Shown here one piece after another: positions 59,614 through 64,000 of a stretch of DNA of 64,000 nucleotides. The notes beneath the pieces are model-generated. The model worked only from the letters and a program-made list of their open reading frames with translations. It ran no database searches and was not told the origin of the DNA. Source of the stretch: Candidatus Parcubacteria bacterium (lineage in GTDB: Bacteria > Patescibacteriota > Microgenomatia > UBA12405); the NCBI GenBank assembly GCA_023443725.1, contig JAEZTF010000007.1, forward strand, positions 2,391-66,390, read 5' to 3'. The translations under genes and the position numbers were made by a program. Position 1 is the stretch's first letter. Each line of letters opens with the position of its first letter.

Positions 59614-59979
59614 CTATCCTTTTAATAAATTTTCCACCCCATGAACCAACCAGCTATATAGTACTTTTTCTAAAGTTGATTTTTGAAATTTGACTTCATA
59701 TTTTAGTTTTTGAGTACAAATCACGATATCTCCCAACCTAATCATTCCATCAGCATCTTTTTTTATCGACATTGGAAATCCCAAAACCTGAGGAATATAA
59801 CCCATATTTCTATATCTCAAATTTAAATCTTTTGCTTTTTTCCGACCAACAAAAAAAATACTTAATTCCACCCCATCATTAAATCCCTTACTTTTTAAGG
59901 CTTTTAATGACAATTTTTCGACTAAATGTTCACTTAATCCCCAACTTTCTGGATGATTAATCAAGATTATATTAGACAT
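59614..59979 (-). CDS. YbeY-like protein with truncated or degenerate metal-binding motif
   Basis: LGDIVICTQ and VLYSWLVHGVENLL align with the YbeY LGDIVIS...VHGxLHLxGYDH region, but the ORF stops after the first His. The H-x3-H-x5-H triad is incomplete. Confidence 0.45.
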   Translation of the reverse strand: MSNIILINHPESWGLSEHLVEKLSLKALKSKGFNDGVELSIFFVGRKKAKDLNLRYRNMGYIPQVLGFPMSIKKDADGMIRLGDIVICTQKLKYEVKFQKSTLEKVLYSWLVHGVENLLKG

Positions 59980-60409
59980 TAGATAATTTTTCTCTGACTA
60001 TTCTCGATACTAGACTTCCATCAACTGCCCCTCCTAATTGAGCCATTGCTTCTTTCATCACCAAACCAAAATTGTTTCCTTTATCAAGAATAATTTTCTC
60101 TACTACTTCTATAACTTGGTTTTCTTCAATCGCTTGAGGTAAATATGTTTTTAAAACTTCAATTTCATAGTTCAGTTGTTCAACTAAATCATTCCTATTA
60201 CCTTTTAAAAACATTTCTTTTGATTCCTCTTTATTTTTTAATTCCTTTCGCAAAACCACCAATTCATCAGACTCAGTCATCTGACCCACTGGTAATTGCA
60301 TCTCTTTTTTATCAATTAAAGAAATTAAAAACCGCAAAATATCCACTTTGGTATTTTCGTGTTTTTTTAGTGCTTCAACACTATCTATTTTTAATTTATC
60401 TTTGATCAT
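59972..60409 (-). CDS. GatB/YqeY domain protein
   Basis: Family-typical helical repeats, positioned between rpsU and ybeY-like as in Firmicutes-like operons. Confidence 0.7.
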   Translation of the reverse strand: MIKDKLKIDSVEALKKHENTKVDILRFLISLIDKKEMQLPVGQMTESDELVVLRKELKNKEESKEMFLKGNRNDLVEQLNYEIEVLKTYLPQAIEENQVIEVVEKIILDKGNNFGLVMKEAMAQLGGAVDGSLVSRIVREKLSNV

Positions 60410-60614
60410 GTCTTCTGGAATTTTTAGCTCGTCTGCGACATTTATCTCGCCAAACGATTATTTTTTTCTTAGCATATCTTTTTTCAGATGGTTTAACATA
60501 AGCAGTTCTTTTCTTAACCTCTTCTGTTATATCTTCTTCAAGACACAACCTTCTGAATTTACCGATAATATCGTCTTTTGATTCACCTTTTTTCTTTTTA
60601 ACTATAATTGGCAT
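60396..60614 (-). CDS. rpsU: 30S ribosomal protein S21
   Basis: MPIIVKKKKGESKDDIIGKFRRLC...KPSEKR and a basic C-terminus. Confidence 0.75.
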   Translation of the reverse strand: MPIIVKKKKGESKDDIIGKFRRLCLEEDITEEVKKRTAYVKPSEKRYAKKKIIVWRDKCRRRAKNSRRHDQR

Positions 60615-60663
60615 GTAAAAATTGCCACCTCCTTTTAATTTAACAATCGCTTATTTTACCTTA

Positions 60664-61353
60664 TTAGTCAGCACTTTGTAAACAATTGACTCGATCCAAA
60701 CTATTAATCACTCCATCGCTATTATAGTCGGCAACTGTTCCACTACATTTAGAAGCAGCCGAAGACGTAATTTTGGGAGTAGGAATAGTCGTATTTGTTA
60801 TCGGTGCAATTTTTCCACCTTGCTGTCGACAATAAATCATATCTACTGAATTAATTGTTCCATCTTTATTATAATCGTTACCATTTTTACATTCAGTTCC
60901 AGTATTTACTAACGGAGTCGAAGTTACTATTGGAGATGGTGTTGTTGTTGCCACTGTATTTTCACCTTTAGTTTTAAAAGTATAAGGAATGCCTCCATTA
61001 TCAAACACATCTTCACCAATTCGAATTCTATAATAATAAGTTGTACTAGGTCTTAAAGAAGTCAATAAAATTTTATGATTTGTGGTTGAATCACTTTCGA
61101 CCGACATCAGTACTAAATTAGCCGCAGTTGTTCCGTATTCTACTTTTGAAATAGATGCTTTATCAGAGATCCAAGATATAGTTGCTGTTTTTCCATCATC
61201 AGACGAAGTCGCAACTACTCCCGACGGCTCTACATCACTAGTAGCACCACTCATAAACGTTTTGATAGTTTTGATTCCAAATACACCCAAAACAGTCACT
61301 ACTAATAATACAACTAATATAACAACAGTCTTAACGTTTAACTTTCCCTTCAT
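60664..61353 (-). CDS. Membrane-anchored surface protein: FN3-like domain plus two Cys-bracketed dockerin-like Ca-binding repeats
   Basis: N-terminal signal anchor. FN3-like ISWISDKASISKVEYGTT...STTYYYRI. Repeats CKNGNDYNKDGTINSVDMIYC and CSGTVADYNSDGVINSLDRVNC match the DxNxDGxINxxD dockerin/EF-hand-like pattern. Confidence 0.5.
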   Translation of the reverse strand: MKGKLNVKTVVILVVLLVVTVLGVFGIKTIKTFMSGATSDVEPSGVVATSSDDGKTATISWISDKASISKVEYGTTAANLVLMSVESDSTTNHKILLTSLRPSTTYYYRIRIGEDVFDNGGIPYTFKTKGENTVATTTPSPIVTSTPLVNTGTECKNGNDYNKDGTINSVDMIYCRQQGGKIAPITNTTIPTPKITSSAASKCSGTVADYNSDGVINSLDRVNCLQSAD

Positions 61354-62042
61354 AAGAATTTCAAGAAAACTGCCGAAAATAAACTCATTAAGCCAACTGC
61401 AATTAAACCTACGGTCACTCCAGTGCTACCAGTTTGAGGTAGTGAGGTACTAACAGCAGTAGGAACAGCTGTCGATGAAGACGAAGTTGGTGTTGGAGTA
61501 TTAGAACTACCTGAGCCAATGACATATGAACCTGTCTGATTAGAGCTACAAGTAATAATATCCACAATAGAAGAAACTCCAATAATATTGGAATCTTTTG
61601 TTGATGTACTACAAGTATAAGATAGAGTTGCAGTCCCAGTATTAGTTGCTTTAAAAGTTAATTTAACCAAAGAACCATTAACCGTAGAATCACCAACAGT
61701 ATCATTAGCCCAACAACTATAACTTATAGTACCAGTTTCTTTTTTAATACTACACGAACCACCTCCTTCAACATTTGAAAAAACCATATCTTCCGCTTGT
61801 ACAGCTGATGTTAATTCTAATTTTGAAGAGTCATAAACCACTATACCATCAACTCCTCCAGTAGCTTCACTTCCAGAGTTAACACCCAAAGTTACATTAA
61901 AAGTATCATTAACATTGTAATTTCCAGTTGTAGGGTTGACAGTTAAATATGCTGTCGCATTCACTGCTTTCACCCCTACGGCTAAAAAAGCAAAACATAA
62001 AAATAAAATTAAGGCAGCTTTTTTCATTTTATTTAGTAACAT
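61350..62042 (-). CDS. Cohesin-like domain surface protein with LPQTG sortase anchor
   Basis: Signal peptide, a cohesin-like beta-sandwich pattern (GVDGIVVYDSSKLEL), a Ser/Thr-rich linker and a C-terminal LPQTG followed by a hydrophobic segment and basic residues. Confidence 0.55.
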   Translation of the reverse strand: MLLNKMKKAALILFLCFAFLAVGVKAVNATAYLTVNPTTGNYNVNDTFNVTLGVNSGSEATGGVDGIVVYDSSKLELTSAVQAEDMVFSNVEGGGSCSIKKETGTISYSCWANDTVGDSTVNGSLVKLTFKATNTGTATLSYTCSTSTKDSNIIGVSSIVDIITCSSNQTGSYVIGSGSSNTPTPTSSSSTAVPTAVSTSLPQTGSTGVTVGLIAVGLMSLFSAVFLKFL

Positions 62043-62646
62043 TAATATCTAACTTTCCACCAGTCCAACCTAATGATTTAGATGTACCAGTTTCTACTAT
62101 CAGAGTGTCATACTTCTTATCGAGACTATCATTACTCAACTCTAAGTTGTAATTCCCTTCTTCAAGTAGAGTTATATTAAAACTCAACACATTAACCTCT
62201 TTACCGCTCTCTAAGATTAATCCTTCTTTTTCTTCTATTAATAAAACATTGCTTAACATACCAGTCTCGTTATCTATTTTACTTATTTCTGGTTTTACTA
62301 ATTTAGAGTTGGAAACCAAATTAGTAATTTTAAATATTTCTGGATCATATTTAATATATGTCTCTAATCCATCAATAGTTTTGTTTTCAATCGAATTCAA
62401 AACTAAATCAATTTTATAAGTTTTTCCAAGTTTCATTTCAGTAGGAGTTTTAGAGTTCACTTTAAAGCCAAAATTAATCACTGGATCTTCTACAACCACT
62501 TCTTCTGTTGGATTTTTTTCTTCCACTTTACTACTTTGATCAACTTCAGTAGGCTTTTCTAAATTATTAACCAAAACAATACTCTCAAAAACTACTACTA
62601 TGGCAACTAATGGAATCAAAAACTTAATTAATTTATTGTTATTCAT
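62029..62646 (-). CDS. Cohesin-like domain protein, N-terminally membrane-anchored
   Basis: Signal anchor, with the IDGLETYIKYDPEIFKITN cohesin hallmark (x-YD-P-x-x-L). Confidence 0.45.
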   Translation of the reverse strand: MNNNKLIKFLIPLVAIVVVFESIVLVNNLEKPTEVDQSSKVEEKNPTEEVVVEDPVINFGFKVNSKTPTEMKLGKTYKIDLVLNSIENKTIDGLETYIKYDPEIFKITNLVSNSKLVKPEISKIDNETGMLSNVLLIEEKEGLILESGKEVNVLSFNITLLEEGNYNLELSNDSLDKKYDTLIVETGTSKSLGWTGGKLDINVTK

Positions 62647-62675
62647 ATTTTAATTATAAACATAATAATTTAAAT

Positions 62676-63929
62676 TTATTCATCATACTTTGCTTCTAAA
62701 GCAACTTTAAATAATTTAACATCAAATTCATTAACAATTCCATCACCATTTAAATCAGTATTAATACCACAGCCAGTTGTAAATAAAGCGGTTTTAATCA
62801 CCGAGAAATCAGCTGTATTTACTATTCCATTTTGATCAACATCTCCCGCTAGAACTGGATATTCATAGAAATTATTAACTGTTCCATCTAAAGACAGATT
62901 ACAAATCTGGCTAGTGTTCTTAGATGATTGACTCTTAACACAATAATACATTCTGGCATGAACTTGACCTTTTATTTTTACATAAATATTACTCGCTCCA
63001 GAAAAACCAGTTCCTAAAGCCACATTATCAGCTCCAAAAATAGCATAACCTTTACTATTAGTTAAATCTGTTTTTGTTACATCTGCAGACATTTCTTGAA
63101 CTAAAGTCGTTCCTACTTTACCCACTGTCAGAGTTACTTTTTTAAAATTATCTAGACAACTAAGATTTGCAGGAGCCACTCCGTCAAAAGCAAACTTAAA
63201 TGAAAGTTTAGCTCCTACTCCACCACAAACACCATTTTGACAAGCTTGATTAAAAGCACATTGATCACCTTGTATCCAAGCCGTACCATCACTATTACAT
63301 TTCTTTAAGTGAGTAGAGTCATAACATTCTGTTGTAGAAACAGTGTCAGCTGTACAAATTATTGAAGGTCCTGGGCCTGGGCCTGGGCCTGGGCCACCAC
63401 CAGATTTACAATCTCCAGTAGCCATTACACAAACACCAGAACTACAAGTTGTAGGACTTCCCCATTTACTATCATCGCCACAAATTTGTGTTTGTGATGA
63501 TGAGTAACATCTTTTTGTACCTTTAGTGCATTTTGTAGTATCAATAGGAGCAGTACAAGAATTATTAGTACATTTTCCAGATGCACATTGATTATCAGCA
63601 ATACAAGAACAACCTACAGGTTTATTAGCAACCATACTACTACAAATAGAAGAACATAATCCACCAGCATTACATGCACCAGATGCACATTGAGAAGCAC
63701 TACTACAAGAACAACCATCAGCTCTCCCAGTTGTACCAGTACAACTAGATCCTCCAGATTTTGGACACAAACTATCAGTCGCTGTCCCTTGACAAGCTGA
63801 AATACTATCATATCCAGTACCAGAATTGTTAATAGTACAATCGTAAAGACCTGTACTCGTATCACATCCACTTCGATTATATGTTGCAGGAATAATAGGT
63901 GAAATACATTTATCAGTAGATTTTTGCAT
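62676..63929 (-). CDS. Cys-rich extracellular protein with (GP)n linker and a C-terminal dockerin domain; N-terminus or signal peptide not resolved
   Basis: More than 50 Cys in an EGF/knot-like N-terminal region, GPGPGPGPGPG at the linker, and C-terminal duplicated dockerin repeats GDVDQNGIVNTADFSVIKTAL and DLNGDGIVNEFDVKLFKVAL. There is an in-frame stop 11 codons upstream of the ATG and no signal peptide at the annotated start. Confidence 0.5.
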   Translation of the reverse strand: MQKSTDKCISPIIPATYNRSGCDTSTGLYDCTINNSGTGYDSISACQGTATDSLCPKSGGSSCTGTTGRADGCSCSSASQCASGACNAGGLCSSICSSMVANKPVGCSCIADNQCASGKCTNNSCTAPIDTTKCTKGTKRCYSSSQTQICGDDSKWGSPTTCSSGVCVMATGDCKSGGGPGPGPGPGPSIICTADTVSTTECYDSTHLKKCNSDGTAWIQGDQCAFNQACQNGVCGGVGAKLSFKFAFDGVAPANLSCLDNFKKVTLTVGKVGTTLVQEMSADVTKTDLTNSKGYAIFGADNVALGTGFSGASNIYVKIKGQVHARMYYCVKSQSSKNTSQICNLSLDGTVNNFYEYPVLAGDVDQNGIVNTADFSVIKTALFTTGCGINTDLNGDGIVNEFDVKLFKVALEAKYDE

Positions 63930-64000
63930 CGTTCCAGAAACACAAATGTAAAAATATCCATCTATACATGATTTTTGACCAGGATCACTACATCCAATAA

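Noticed and set aside
63614-63961. ORF 63614-63961 (-) as the missing N-terminus of the Cys-rich dockerin protein
   Set aside because: It is in a different frame, lacks a signal peptide and reads as low-complexity Leu/Val-rich sequence. It is more likely spurious, and the N-terminus issue is left open.

Overview
This is a 64 kb AT-rich window (about 30% GC by eye) of tightly packed bacterial chromosome. All long conserved genes (gyrA, gyrB, ligA, dnaB, dnaX) read intact under the standard code, so there is no sign of UGA recoding. Gene content and architecture suggest a small-genome Patescibacteria/CPR-like bacterium, but that is an inference, not a measurement. The main blocks, left to right, are: (1) a complete type IV pilus locus on the minus strand (pilB-pilT-pilC-major pilin-pilD) followed by a tandem array of 8 more GspG-like pilin/pseudopilin genes; (2) holB, a Fic-domain protein, ligA, pth, a tRNA-Ala candidate and a PAP2 phosphatase fusion; (3) a MacAB/HlyD-type tripartite ABC exporter followed by a small membrane protein plus a HEPN-like protein; (4) a radical-SAM/SPASM enzyme divergent from an EpmA (EF-P lysyltransferase) homolog, with a ferredoxin and a Cys-rich secreted thioredoxin-like protein; (5) gyrB-gyrA, a Xer-type tyrosine recombinase, and an unusual ~800 bp non-coding repeat-rich region; (6) housekeeping genes (pta, yebC, rluA, lspA, dksA/traR-like, tRNA-Leu, dnaB, tRNA-His, hisS, rpmE, a domain-1-less RF1, htrA, ctpA, rpsF-ssb-rpsR, cysS, recR-ybaB-dnaX, rpsU-yqeY-ybeY-like); (7) a DapF-fold/GNAT fusion next to a VanX-like M15 peptidase; and (8) at the right edge a cluster of cell-surface genes with cohesin-like and dockerin-like modules, one carrying an LPQTG sortase signal. 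Coordinates come from the supplied ORF track and manual reading. All homology calls rest on motif recognition by eye, not database searches.
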